Origin: Bacteroidaceae bacterium
GTDB taxonomy: Bacteria; Bacteroidota; Bacteroidia; Bacteroidales; Bacteroidaceae
Reading direction: 5' to 3'
Length of the DNA: 64,000 bases
Assembly (NCBI GenBank): GCA_017470525.1
Contig: JAFUYM010000026.1
Span: 33,419-97,418, forward strand
The notes beneath the pieces are model-generated. The model searched no databases. It saw nothing but the letters and a program-made list of their open reading frames with translations, and was not told where the DNA came from. This document shows, in pieces, positions 18,920-27,469 of this stretch. Within the stretch, counting starts at the first letter, position 1. Each line of letters begins with the position of its first letter. The position numbers were made by a program, and so were the translations under genes.

Positions 18920-19912
18920 ATGGACACTCTGTTGAAATCTGACGAATTGTATATGCGCCGTTGTCTTCAGTTGGCACGTAATGGCTGGATGAATGCTCAA
19001 CCTAACCCGATGGTGGGGGCTGTCATTGTTTGCGATGGCAGGATTATCGGGGAGGGTTATCATGTGCGTTGTGGAGAAGGACATGCCGAGGTGAATGCTT
19101 GCGCATCGGTCAGGAAGGAAGATGAGCACCTGTTGACGAGCAGCACAATTTATGTGAGTCTGGAACCTTGCAGTCATTATGGCAAGACGCCTCCTTGTGC
19201 AGACTTGTTGATAAGCAAGGGTTTCCGTCGTTGTGTGATTGGTTGTCAAGACCCGTTTGCGAAGGTGCAGGGAAGAGGCATCCAGAAGTTGAAGGACGCT
19301 GGCATGGAAGTGACGGTAGGTGTGTTGGAAAAGGAATGCAGGGCGCTGAACAAGCGTTTCATGACGTTTCACGGCAAGCATCGTCCCTTTGTCACCTTGA
19401 AGTGGGCTGAATCGGCTGATGGATTCATCGATGGTCAGATTTCCAATGCGCACACCCAGATGCTGTGTCATAAGTTGAGGGCGGAGCATCAAGCTATTCT
19501 GGTGGGGAGAAGGACTTTTGAGGTGGATAACCCTTCGCTGAACACGCGCGAATGGTATGGCAATTCTCCCAAGCGCTTTGTGGTGTCTTCTCAACCGCTG
19601 GACTTGCCCGAGGGCTATCATCACATCTTGTCAACAAGTGTTGATAACCTTCTTCATCAGTTGTACGAAGAGGGCATCCAGACTGTCCTTGTGGAGGGTG
19701 GGGCGAAACTCCATCAGTCATTTATCGACAGCGGACTATGGGATGAATGCTATGTGGAGAAGGGCACTCAAGTCCTTCATGGAAGTGTGTCTGCTCCTGT
19801 CCTTTCGCACGAGGCAGTGGTGGCAGAGCGTTCGTTTTTCGAATCAAATGGTTTCAATTCCCCACTTATATCTTATAATAAGTACCTCAATTTGAAAAAT
19901 ATTGAACGCTAA
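18920..19912 (+). CDS. ribD: Bifunctional riboflavin biosynthesis protein RibD (pyrimidine deaminase / uracil reductase)
   Basis: The deaminase zinc motifs HAEVNA and PCSHYGKTPPCA are present, followed by a C-terminal reductase-like domain (RPFVTLKWAESADGFI..., LVEGGAKLHQSF). Confidence 0.9.
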   Translation: MDTLLKSDELYMRRCLQLARNGWMNAQPNPMVGAVIVCDGRIIGEGYHVRCGEGHAEVNACASVRKEDEHLLTSSTIYVSLEPCSHYGKTPPCADLLISKGFRRCVIGCQDPFAKVQGRGIQKLKDAGMEVTVGVLEKECRALNKRFMTFHGKHRPFVTLKWAESADGFIDGQISNAHTQMLCHKLRAEHQAILVGRRTFEVDNPSLNTREWYGNSPKRFVVSSQPLDLPEGYHHILSTSVDNLLHQLYEEGIQTVLVEGGAKLHQSFIDSGLWDECYVEKGTQVLHGSVSAPVLSHEAVVAERSFFESNGFNSPLISYNKYLNLKNIER

Positions 19913-19937
19913 TCCGCTAATTGTAAATTAAAAAGCC

Positions 19938-19945
19938 TAACTTTG
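19938..19945 (+). promoter_or_regulatory. -7 promoter box TAACTTTG for cysE
   Basis: It matches TAnnTTTG and lies 28 nt upstream of the ATG at 19974. Confidence 0.55.
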
Positions 19946-19973
19946 CACCCAAAAGTTATATATAACAGACAAA

Positions 19974-20894
19974 ATGAGCGCAAGGACTCTTGCTAACACC
20001 CTGACACAGGTTGTGGAGGAACTGGCACAGCCGGAATCCTACAAGTTTCTCTATCATGAGCATAGCAACGGTGTACAATTGCCTTCAGGCGAGGTGTTGC
20101 AGAAAATCATCGACCTGGCTCGGGAAATCCTCTTTCCTGGCTATTACGGTCATTCATGTATTGAGACAAACACATTAAAGTATCATCTTGGGGTTGCTAC
20201 GGAGCAACTCTATTCACTTCTCGTCACACAGATTCAGGCTGGTTTGGCTTTCTCCAATTTTGAGGAAGGCACTGCCGTGTTTGCTGCTTACAACCAGAAC
20301 ACGGTCAATGCTGAGATGCTTCGCATGGCAGAAGAAAGAGCAAAAGTGTTCGTCAGTCACCTGCCTGAATTGAGACGGGTGTTGGCAACCGATGTGGTAG
20401 CAGCCTTCAATGGTGACCCCGCAGCCAAGAACTATGGGGAAATCATCAGTTGCTATCCTGTCATCAAGGAATTGACGGTCTATCGTGTGGCACACGAACT
20501 GTGGAACCTCGATGTGCCCCTCATTCCGCGCATGTTGACAGAAATGGCACATTCGGAGACTGGTATCGACATCCATCCGGGAGCCACCATCGGTGAATAC
20601 TTCACCATCGACCACGGCACAGGTGTGGTGATTGGCGAAACCTCCATCATAGGCAATAATGTGAAACTGTATCAGGGTGTCACCTTAGGAGCCAAGAGTT
20701 TCCCGCTGGACGAAGATGGAAACCCCATCAAGGGCATCCCTCGTCATCCGATTCTGGAAGACGATGTGATTGTCTATTCCAATGCTTCCATCTTAGGCAG
20801 AATCACCATCGGCAAGGGAGCCATGATTGGTGGTAACATTTGGGTGACACAAGATGTTCCGGCAGGAGCAAGTATAACGCAAAAAAGAGTATGA
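19974..20894 (+). CDS. cysE: Serine O-acetyltransferase (long EpsC-type)
   Basis: FNGDPAAKNYGEIISCYPVIKELTVYRVAHELW is followed by left-handed beta-helix hexapeptide repeats (HPGATIGEYFTIDHGTGVVIGETSIIGNNVKLYQGVTLGA). Confidence 0.85.
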   Translation: MSARTLANTLTQVVEELAQPESYKFLYHEHSNGVQLPSGEVLQKIIDLAREILFPGYYGHSCIETNTLKYHLGVATEQLYSLLVTQIQAGLAFSNFEEGTAVFAAYNQNTVNAEMLRMAEERAKVFVSHLPELRRVLATDVVAAFNGDPAAKNYGEIISCYPVIKELTVYRVAHELWNLDVPLIPRMLTEMAHSETGIDIHPGATIGEYFTIDHGTGVVIGETSIIGNNVKLYQGVTLGAKSFPLDEDGNPIKGIPRHPILEDDVIVYSNASILGRITIGKGAMIGGNIWVTQDVPAGASITQKRV

Positions 20895-22678
20895 CAGAAT
20901 TCAAAATCATAGCCAAGACCTTCCAAGGGTTGGAAGAGGTGTTGGCAAAGGAACTCATCAATTTGGGTGCCAACAATGTAGAGATAGGACGTCGGATGGT
21001 GGCTTTCACTGGTAACAAGGAAATGCTCTACAAGGCAAACTTCTGCACACGTACAGCCGTGAAGGTGCTCAAACCCATCAAGGAGTTTAAGGCTACCGAT
21101 GCAGACGAAGTGTATGAAGTGGTGAAGCAGATAGACTGGGAGCAATACATGGATGTGAAGAACACCTTCCTGGTTGACTCCGTCGTTTTCAGTGAAAATT
21201 TCCGCCACTCCAAGTTTGTGGCATACCGTGTGAAGGACGCCATTGCTGATTATTGGCGCGACAAGACAGGTGACCGTCCCAATGTGGGCATCAGCAACCC
21301 CGACATTCGCATCAACGTGCACATCGCTGAGGATTTGGTCACTGTTTCCCTCGACTCGTCAGGAGAAAGCCTGCACCAACGTGGTTACAAGACAGCCACT
21401 GTCTCAGCACCCATCAACGAAGTGTTGGCAGCAGGTCTCATCATGTTGACAGGTTGGGATGGTGAATGTGACTTGATTGACCCCTTCTGTGGTTCAGGCA
21501 CCATCTTGATAGAAGCAGCCCTGATAGCCTTGAATGTCTATCCGGGTGTGTTCCGCAAGGAGTATGCTTTTGAGAAGTGGAAGGACTTTGATGCTGACCT
21601 CTTCGACCGCATCTACAATGATGACAGTCAGGAGCGGGAGTTCAATCACAAGATTTATGGTTATGATATCAACCGTCAGGCTGTACAAATCTCTATTGAC
21701 AATGTGCAAAACGCTGGTGTGAAGGAAGTGGTGAGTGTGGAACAAAGGGACTTCTACGAGTTTGAGCAGCCCCTCGACAAAGCCATCATCATAACCAATC
21801 CTCCATACGGAGACCGCATCACCACCGATGACATTTATGACCTCTACGAAACCATTGGCAAGAACCTGAAACGCAATTTTGTGGGCAACGATGCATGGAT
21901 TATCACACACCATGAGGAGTTGTTCGACAGGATTGGTTTCCGCCCATCCACCAAATATGCCCTGTTCAATGGTTCTTTGGAATGTGAGTTCCGCAAGTAC
22001 CAGATTTTCGATGGCAAGTTGAAAGACCGTCGTGAAGAAGGTATGGACATCAAGTCGGATGATGAACGTCGCCACAACCTGAAATTTAAGCCTCACAAGA
22101 AGAATGAGGATGGAGAATGGGGAGAAGACCGCCAGACGGATGATGAAAACCACTACTTCAAATCGAAGCCCTACAAGGACAAGCCCTACAAAGAACGTGG
22201 CAGCAAGGACTACAACTATGAGGAAAGACCCAAGAGCAGAAATGAACGCTGGAAGATGCTGGAGGCTGAAGACGAAGAAGAGGCTGAAATCATCAACCGT
22301 CATTTAGGCAAATGGGGAGACCGCGTGGTTCGCCCTTCAAAAGGTGGAAAACCTTTTGACCGCAGAGACAGCAAACCTTTCGACCGCAGGGATAGCAAAC
22401 CTTTCGACCGCAGGGACGGCAAGAGAAAGGATGACAACCGAGGTGAAGAAAGGGAACGCTACACCACCAGAGAATCGCGTCAGGAAGCCCGCAAGGAGTT
22501 CTTCTCTAACCCCAACGGCGACACTAAGAAAAATTTTGGAAAATCCTATAACGAGGGTCGCAAAGGTTTTCAAGAAGAGAGACGTCCACACAGAGATGGT
22601 GAGCGACCTGCTCGTAAATTTGATGGACAGAAAGGGGGAGGTCGTCCGTTTCCAGGAAAAAAGGGTGACCAGAAGTAA
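20891..22678 (+). CDS. THUMP-domain class I SAM-dependent RNA methyltransferase with ~210-aa charged low-complexity C-terminal extension
   Basis: The start was moved to the Met at 20891 (ATGA overlap with the cysE stop). The protein has a THUMP-like N-terminus, DPFCGSGTILIEA (SAM motif I) and IIITNPPYGDRI (motif IV). From ~nt 22030 it becomes a Lys/Arg/Asp/Glu-rich tail. Confidence 0.85.
   Translation: MTEFKIIAKTFQGLEEVLAKELINLGANNVEIGRRMVAFTGNKEMLYKANFCTRTAVKVLKPIKEFKATDADEVYEVVKQIDWEQYMDVKNTFLVDSVVFSENFRHSKFVAYRVKDAIADYWRDKTGDRPNVGISNPDIRINVHIAEDLVTVSLDSSGESLHQRGYKTATVSAPINEVLAAGLIMLTGWDGECDLIDPFCGSGTILIEAALIALNVYPGVFRKEYAFEKWKDFDADLFDRIYNDDSQEREFNHKIYGYDINRQAVQISIDNVQNAGVKEVVSVEQRDFYEFEQPLDKAIIITNPPYGDRITTDDIYDLYETIGKNLKRNFVGNDAWIITHHEELFDRIGFRPSTKYALFNGSLECEFRKYQIFDGKLKDRREEGMDIKSDDERRHNLKFKPHKKNEDGEWGEDRQTDDENHYFKSKPYKDKPYKERGSKDYNYEERPKSRNERWKMLEAEDEEEAEIINRHLGKWGDRVVRPSKGGKPFDRRDSKPFDRRDSKPFDRRDGKRKDDNRGEERERYTTRESRQEARKEFFSNPNGDTKKNFGKSYNEGRKGFQEERRPHRDGERPARKFDGQKGGGRPFPGKKGDQK
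22349..22420 (+). repeat. Three tandem 24-nt coding repeats (KPFDRRDS x3) inside the methyltransferase tail
   Basis: AAACCTTT(T/C)GACCGCAG(A/G)GA(C/T)(A/G)GC occurs three times in frame. Confidence 0.9.
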
Positions 22679-23189
22679 AGACGAACCGTAAAGATTCAAC
22701 ATTGTATAGATGACCGAAGGAAAGCAAAAATCCTTTGGTCATCAATTGTTTTGCCAGTTGAGGCTTCCCCCTGAATCCATGAATCACCCAAGGCTGTGGT
22801 TGCTTTCCCTCCTGTTGGCAGTCCTTTTCGAGTTGTTCGCGCAGAGACAGGATTTCGTTGTAAGCCCTCACACAATGAATCACCATCGGTTTCCCCACTT
22901 CTTCAGCCAAAGCAACGTGAGCCTTGAAAGCCTCTGTTTGCACCGAAAGAGCCTCACCACGCACCTTATCAAGTCCACACTCACCAATTGCCCACACAGA
23001 GTCTTTCATCGCCATAGCGCGGACGAGCGTAAAGGTCTTTTGCCAATCATTGGTGACGTGCCAGGGATGAATCCCCACCGACAACCTAACAGGAGCAGGA
23101 TAAACCTCCTCCACATGGGCAATGTCCACATTCAGTAAACAAGGCACTTCATCAATCTGGTAAGTATGGAAATTGAACATCATCGTCAA
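22524..23189 (-). CDS. TatD-family metal-dependent hydrolase
   Basis: 221 aa with WAIGECGLD, VIHCVRAYNEIL, VIHGFRGKPQLAKQLMTKGFLLSFG and a LETD motif. Its 3' end overlaps the convergent methyltransferase gene by 155 nt. Confidence 0.75.
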   Translation of the reverse strand: MTMMFNFHTYQIDEVPCLLNVDIAHVEEVYPAPVRLSVGIHPWHVTNDWQKTFTLVRAMAMKDSVWAIGECGLDKVRGEALSVQTEAFKAHVALAEEVGKPMVIHCVRAYNEILSLREQLEKDCQQEGKQPQPWVIHGFRGKPQLAKQLMTKGFLLSFGHLYNVESLRFVFTSGHPFFLETDDLPLSVHQIYEQVAHHLCVDVSLLENLCDPRYRIFQNFS

Positions 23190-23227
23190 TGAAACTTGAG
23201 CATCTTGTCAATGGAAATAAGGCATCC

Positions 23228-23494
23228 TCACCAATGGAATTTTTCGGGCACAGGGTCGTAACCATGACCTCCCCACGGATGGCATCTCAAAACACGTCGG
23301 CAAGCCAGATAGAATCCCTTGAACGGACCATGCTTCTGAATGGCATCGATGGCATATTGCGAACAAGTGGGAGTGAATCGGCATGTAGGTGGAAACATCG
23401 GTGAAATAGCCAACCGATAAAATCGGATGGGCAACATCAAAAGAAAAGAAAGGGCAGCATTGATGACTTGAAAAATGGAAGAGAAGATTTTCAT
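23228..23494 (-). CDS. yidD: Membrane protein insertion efficiency factor YidD
   Basis: [59 protein letters not shown]. Confidence 0.9.
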   Translation of the reverse strand: MKIFSSIFQVINAALSFLLMLPIRFYRLAISPMFPPTCRFTPTCSQYAIDAIQKHGPFKGFYLACRRVLRCHPWGGHGYDPVPEKFHW

Positions 23495-23545
23495 AAAAGT
23501 ATTTTTATGACCGTGTTTTCACAAAGGCATTTCCATGACTGCATT

Positions 23546-23986
23546 TCACAGTTTCTCTGAGATTCTGACAAGTGCCTTGGTCACACTCTTCTTCACAGCA
23601 GGAAAAGTAGGCAGCACATCAGTGATGCACACAAAGGCAATCACCAATCTGTATGTTTTCCCTTCCATAGCCTCCCAAAGAATATGCTTGTTCAGTCGAT
23701 AAGCCTCCCTCACCAGCCTTTTCATCCTGTTTCTATCTACCGCATGACGAAACCTCTTTTTGGGAACAGAAACCAAGATAGACACGGGAGGCTCTATGGA
23801 AAAATGAGCCGAACCAGAAAGACTATCCGCACCAGATGGGTTGGAAACATCCTTCTCTTCCTCCATCTTCATATAAACAACTCGCAGGGGAAACACTGCC
23901 ATTGAAGCATTTCCTCCTGCGAAAAGTTTGTCTATTGTGAGTTGGCTGGTGAGCCGCTCTGATTTCTTCAGTGTATGTTTTATCAT
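23546..23986 (-). CDS. rnpA: Ribonuclease P protein component
   Basis: LKKSERLTSQLTIDKLF...FPLRVVY...KKRFRHAVDRNRMKRLVREAYRLNK. It sits upstream of yidD, as in many bacteria. Confidence 0.85.
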   Translation of the reverse strand: MIKHTLKKSERLTSQLTIDKLFAGGNASMAVFPLRVVYMKMEEEKDVSNPSGADSLSGSAHFSIEPPVSILVSVPKKRFRHAVDRNRMKRLVREAYRLNKHILWEAMEGKTYRLVIAFVCITDVLPTFPAVKKSVTKALVRISEKL

Positions 23987-24720
23987 AGAGTCTTGGCGTA
24001 TGCCTCTATGATGGCTGGCACGGAGCGAAGTTCAGCAGTAGGCTGATAATCCACATGCAGACCAGCATCTTCCGCAGCCTTCACTGTCTTTGCACCCAAA
24101 CAAGCCACCTTGATTTTGTTCTGCTTGAAGTCGGGGAAATTCTTGACAAGCGAGTTGATACCTTCTGGTGAGAAGAACACCAGCATGTTGTAGTCGAACA
24201 CCTCATCAGCGGTGAAGTCGTTAGCCACCGTGTAGTACATGACAGCCTCGTCGTGGTCGAGTTCAGCCTCGTCCAGCATCTTCTTCATGTCATCGTTGTG
24301 AGCCGACGACTGAGGCACAAAATACTTCTCGTTACTGTGCTTCACCATGATAGGAATCAAATCGGCAATGTGTCCACTCTCTGGAAAGAAGTTCTTGCGC
24401 TTGCGGTACTGCACATATTTCTGGATGTAGAGCGAAACTTGCTCCGACACACAGAAGTATTTCATATCGTCAGGAATGTTCACACGCAACTCCTTGCACA
24501 GACCAAAGAAATGGTCTATGGCATGGCGGGAAGTGAAAACAATTGCTGTATGACCTGGAATAGATACCTTCTGCTGACGAAAATCCTTGGCAGACATCGG
24601 CTCTATCTTGATGAATGGTCGGAAAACCAAATCGATGTCGTATTTTTTTGCCACCTCGAAATAGGGTGACTTTTCTGTCTGCGGTTTGGGTTGAGATACT
24701 AAGATCTTTGTTGCCATCAA
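23983..24720 (-). CDS. hemD: Uroporphyrinogen-III synthase (HemD-like)
   Basis: 245 aa. The sequence KILVSQPKPQTEKSPYFEVAKKYDIDLVFRPFIKIEP...TAIVFTSRHAIDHFF is typical of the Bacteroidota HemD-like family. It overlaps rnpA by 4 nt. Confidence 0.65.
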   Translation of the reverse strand: MMATKILVSQPKPQTEKSPYFEVAKKYDIDLVFRPFIKIEPMSAKDFRQQKVSIPGHTAIVFTSRHAIDHFFGLCKELRVNIPDDMKYFCVSEQVSLYIQKYVQYRKRKNFFPESGHIADLIPIMVKHSNEKYFVPQSSAHNDDMKKMLDEAELDHDEAVMYYTVANDFTADEVFDYNMLVFFSPEGINSLVKNFPDFKQNKIKVACLGAKTVKAAEDAGLHVDYQPTAELRSVPAIIEAYAKTL

Positions 24721-25535
24721 TATAACAAATTTTTGACGATAAAATTGTCACTTATCCACACTGTCAAATGCCCCAACACCAACACTGGAAGCAGTTCGAC
24801 GGTGCAAAAGTACAAAATATTTAACAAATAGCCATATTTTTTAACCTTAAAGTTAGTTATAAGTTTATAAAACAATAGCATTTCATATAAAATTGCTACC
24901 AAAATGGCACTTGAAATGACAATGTCATCATAAGAATTGGCATAGACATCCACCAGTGCAATCGGGTAGAAAACAAAGGCTGTCATGGAGGTCAAGAACA
25001 GGTAATTTCTCATCCATTGCTTGCTGGATTCCGCATCGAAAAACACCCAGTTCACCAACGCATACAGCCACGCTTTTGCATAGATGAAGAGGAAGAATGC
25101 CACAAATCCTGCGGCATAAAGCCAATAGGGAATGCTCATGGCTGTGCTCAGCCGCGACTGGTTGAAGAGGTCATCAAGATAGATGGCTGACACACTCAAA
25201 GCACTGATGGAGGTCAGCACCAGAATCTCAATTGCTTCACTTGCATTCTCTGCCACATCCTCATCGACATACTTCCGCTTGGCGGTGAAGAAATTCTTGA
25301 GGCGATAGGCAATCACGCTGCGACTGTGAAACAAGATGAAAGCCAGCAGGAAGAACATCACAGCCATTCCCCCCACAACATAGTCGTCATAGGCTACATT
25401 ATAGGTACGCTCCACCATTGCCACAGTGCGATCTGGCACGGTAGCCCCCATTTGATAGAACTCCGTGCTGTTGATGGCATTCGAGTCCCTCGTTATCAAA
25501 AGGCTGTCGTAATCCCCCATGATTCTAAAGGGCAA
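24717..25535 (-). CDS. Multi-pass membrane protein (DUF4271-like)
   Basis: 272 aa with about 6 hydrophobic helices. A position next to the hemD-like gene is typical for DUF4271 in Bacteroidota (from memory). Confidence 0.5.
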   Translation of the reverse strand: MPFRIMGDYDSLLITRDSNAINSTEFYQMGATVPDRTVAMVERTYNVAYDDYVVGGMAVMFFLLAFILFHSRSVIAYRLKNFFTAKRKYVDEDVAENASEAIEILVLTSISALSVSAIYLDDLFNQSRLSTAMSIPYWLYAAGFVAFFLFIYAKAWLYALVNWVFFDAESSKQWMRNYLFLTSMTAFVFYPIALVDVYANSYDDIVISSAILVAILYEMLLFYKLITNFKVKKYGYLLNILYFCTVELLPVLVLGHLTVWISDNFIVKNLLY

Positions 25536-26850
25536 AAACCTCCTTTATCTGTCCTTGATACTTTTCCGTTTCCTCCCAGGGGAAAAGGGTCACTTCCATC
25601 TCCTTGTCGCCTTGATAGCGATTGGTGAATTTCTTGATGACCCGTTCCGTCTTTCTTCCAAAGTGCCCGTAGGATGCAGTTTCCAGATAGATGGGCTTGC
25701 GCAGGTCGAACCGTTCCTCAATTGCCTTGGGGCGCAAGTCGAAAATCTCTCCAATCTTCGTAGCAATCTCTCCATCAGAGAGTGCCACCTTCGAGGTACC
25801 ATACGTGTTCACATAGATGCTCACAGGCTTTGCCACACCGATGGCATAACTCAATTGCACCAGCACTTCATCTGCAACACCAGCCACCACCAGGTTCTTA
25901 GCGATGTGGCGAGCAGCATACGCAGCCGACCTATCCACCTTGCTGGGGTCTTTGCCCGAGAAAGCACCTCCACCATGGGCACCCTTGCCACCATAGGTAT
26001 CCACGATAATCTTTCTTCCCGTCAAACCCGTATCGCCATGAGGACCGCCAATCACAAACTTACCCGTCGGGTTGATATGATAGGTGATGCCCTCCTTGAA
26101 GAGTTGCTTCACATGCTCATCTCCAATCTCGGCAATGACACGTGGAATGAGGATGTTGATAATGTCATCTTTGATGCGGCGAAGCATCATTTTGTCAGCC
26201 TCCTCTTGTGTGAGGTGATTCTCTGCATTGGGCACAATGAACTCATCATGCTGGGTGCTCACCACGATGGTGTGCACGCGCTGTGGCTTTCCGTCATCAC
26301 CATATTCAATCGTCACCTGACTCTTCGCATCGGGACGCAGATAAGTGACCTCCTTCCCATTCGGACGGATATACGTCATCACCTTTCCTTCCCGTCTGAT
26401 GTCAGCCAACACACGCAAGATGCGATGAGAGAGGTCCAACGGAAGCGGCATGCAGTTTTCAGTCTCATTGGTAGCATAACCAAACATCATGCCTTGGTCG
26501 CCAGCACCCTGTTCCTCCGGCACTTCACGTTCCACTCCACGGTTGATGTCACCACTCTGCTCATGAATGGCATTCAGCACTCCACAACTTTCACCGTCAA
26601 ACTTATAAGAAGACCTTGTGTAGCCAATCCGGTTGATGGTCTCACGAGCCACCTCCTGCAGGTCCACATAAGCATTGCTCTTCACCTCACCAGCCACTAC
26701 CACCTGACCTGTAGTGACCAGCGTTTCGCAAGCCACCTTCGATTCGGGGTCGTAAGCCAGCAAGTTATCCAACACAGCATCGCTGATTTGGTCAGCCACT
26801 TTGTCGGGATGTCCCTCCGACACAGATTCTGATGTAAATAAATATCCCAT
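25525..26850 (-). CDS. metK: S-adenosylmethionine synthetase
   Basis: The start was moved to the Met at 26850 ([28 protein letters not shown]). [12 protein letters not shown] and [19 protein letters not shown] are present. Confidence 0.95.
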   Translation of the reverse strand: MGYLFTSESVSEGHPDKVADQISDAVLDNLLAYDPESKVACETLVTTGQVVVAGEVKSNAYVDLQEVARETINRIGYTRSSYKFDGESCGVLNAIHEQSGDINRGVEREVPEEQGAGDQGMMFGYATNETENCMPLPLDLSHRILRVLADIRREGKVMTYIRPNGKEVTYLRPDAKSQVTIEYGDDGKPQRVHTIVVSTQHDEFIVPNAENHLTQEEADKMMLRRIKDDIINILIPRVIAEIGDEHVKQLFKEGITYHINPTGKFVIGGPHGDTGLTGRKIIVDTYGGKGAHGGGAFSGKDPSKVDRSAAYAARHIAKNLVVAGVADEVLVQLSYAIGVAKPVSIYVNTYGTSKVALSDGEIATKIGEIFDLRPKAIEERFDLRKPIYLETASYGHFGRKTERVIKKFTNRYQGDKEMEVTLFPWEETEKYQGQIKEVFAL

Positions 26851-27020
26851 AACAAATTGATAATTAAAAGAATTAATAATTAATAATGTATGGGGAAAGA
26901 ATTGGGGAAGATGCACAGACAAATACGCACCTCGCAGGGGAGGCTTCCGTGGTTGTCGTTTTAGCATTTTTTACTGTGGTTGCAAGCAGCCCAAATCTGT
27001 CCACATTTTAATTTCGGCTG
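26851..27020 (-). promoter_or_regulatory. ~170-nt metK 5' leader; candidate SAM-II/SAM-V-like riboswitch core at ~26957-26998
   Basis: On the minus strand the leader reads ...GATTTGGGCTGCTTGCAACCACAGTAAAAAATGCTAAAACG..., which resembles my recollection of the SAM-II consensus (GAUUU..GGCU...GCA....AAAAAGCUAAAA). The match is imperfect and was not folded rigorously. Confidence 0.3.
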
Positions 27021-27028
27021 CAAAGGTA
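27021..27028 (-). promoter_or_regulatory. -7 promoter box TACCTTTG for metK
   Basis: The reverse complement of CAAAGGTA matches TAnnTTTG. It lies ~170 nt upstream of the metK ATG. Confidence 0.5.
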
Positions 27029-27131
27029 CGGAAATAATTGATAATAGCCAATTGATCATTGATAAATTTACCTTTCGGGTCACTTTTTTGCTCAACTCCC
27101 CACTTTTTCCTACCTTTCCTCCCTATAAAAC

Positions 27132-27311
27132 AAAAACAAAAAAATTATCGGAACAAATTATCGTTAATTATCGGCAATTATCGTTTATCTTGCGCCGCAG
27201 CGCAAGAGCCTGCCCCATAAAATTATTTGCTCCTTCGCCGTCAAAACGGCTTGGAAAAACGATAATTGCCGATAATTAACGATAATTTGTTCCGATAATT
27301 TTTTTGTTTTT
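27132..27311. repeat. Perfect 55-bp inverted repeat (arms 27132-27186 / 27257-27311) with 70-nt spacer
   Basis: The left arm is AAAAACAAAAAAATTATCGGAACAAATTATCGTTAATTATCGGCAATTATCGTTT and the right arm is its exact reverse complement. Each arm holds four ATTATCG words at 10-13-nt spacing. The spacer contains the CTTGCGC-CGCA-GCGCAAG hairpin (27189-27206). Confidence 0.95.
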
Positions 27312-27390
27312 TCTTTGTCCGATGGAGGCGAAACTTCGGTATCAGGCAAATGCCTCTTCCACAGCCTCTTTTACAATGTTTCCACAGCCT

Positions 27391-27469
27391 CTAAAGGGGA
27401 GAGAGTCTTACCCTTCCAAGGGAGAGAGTCTTACCCTTTAAGGGGTGAGAGTCACTCCCCTTTAGGGGT
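27391..27469 (-). repeat. REP-like tandem hairpin array immediately after the last gene of the pilus operon (probable terminator)
   Basis: It has three ~22-nt units (GGAGAGAGTCTTACCCTT x2, then GGTGAGAGTCACTCCCCTT) and abuts the TAA stop at 27470-27472. It is the reverse complement of the array at 58166-58270. Confidence 0.85.

Noticed and set aside
25519-26832. A 437-aa plus-strand ORF covering the metK region.
   Set aside because: It lies antisense to an unmistakable S-adenosylmethionine synthetase and has no motifs, so it is a shadow ORF.
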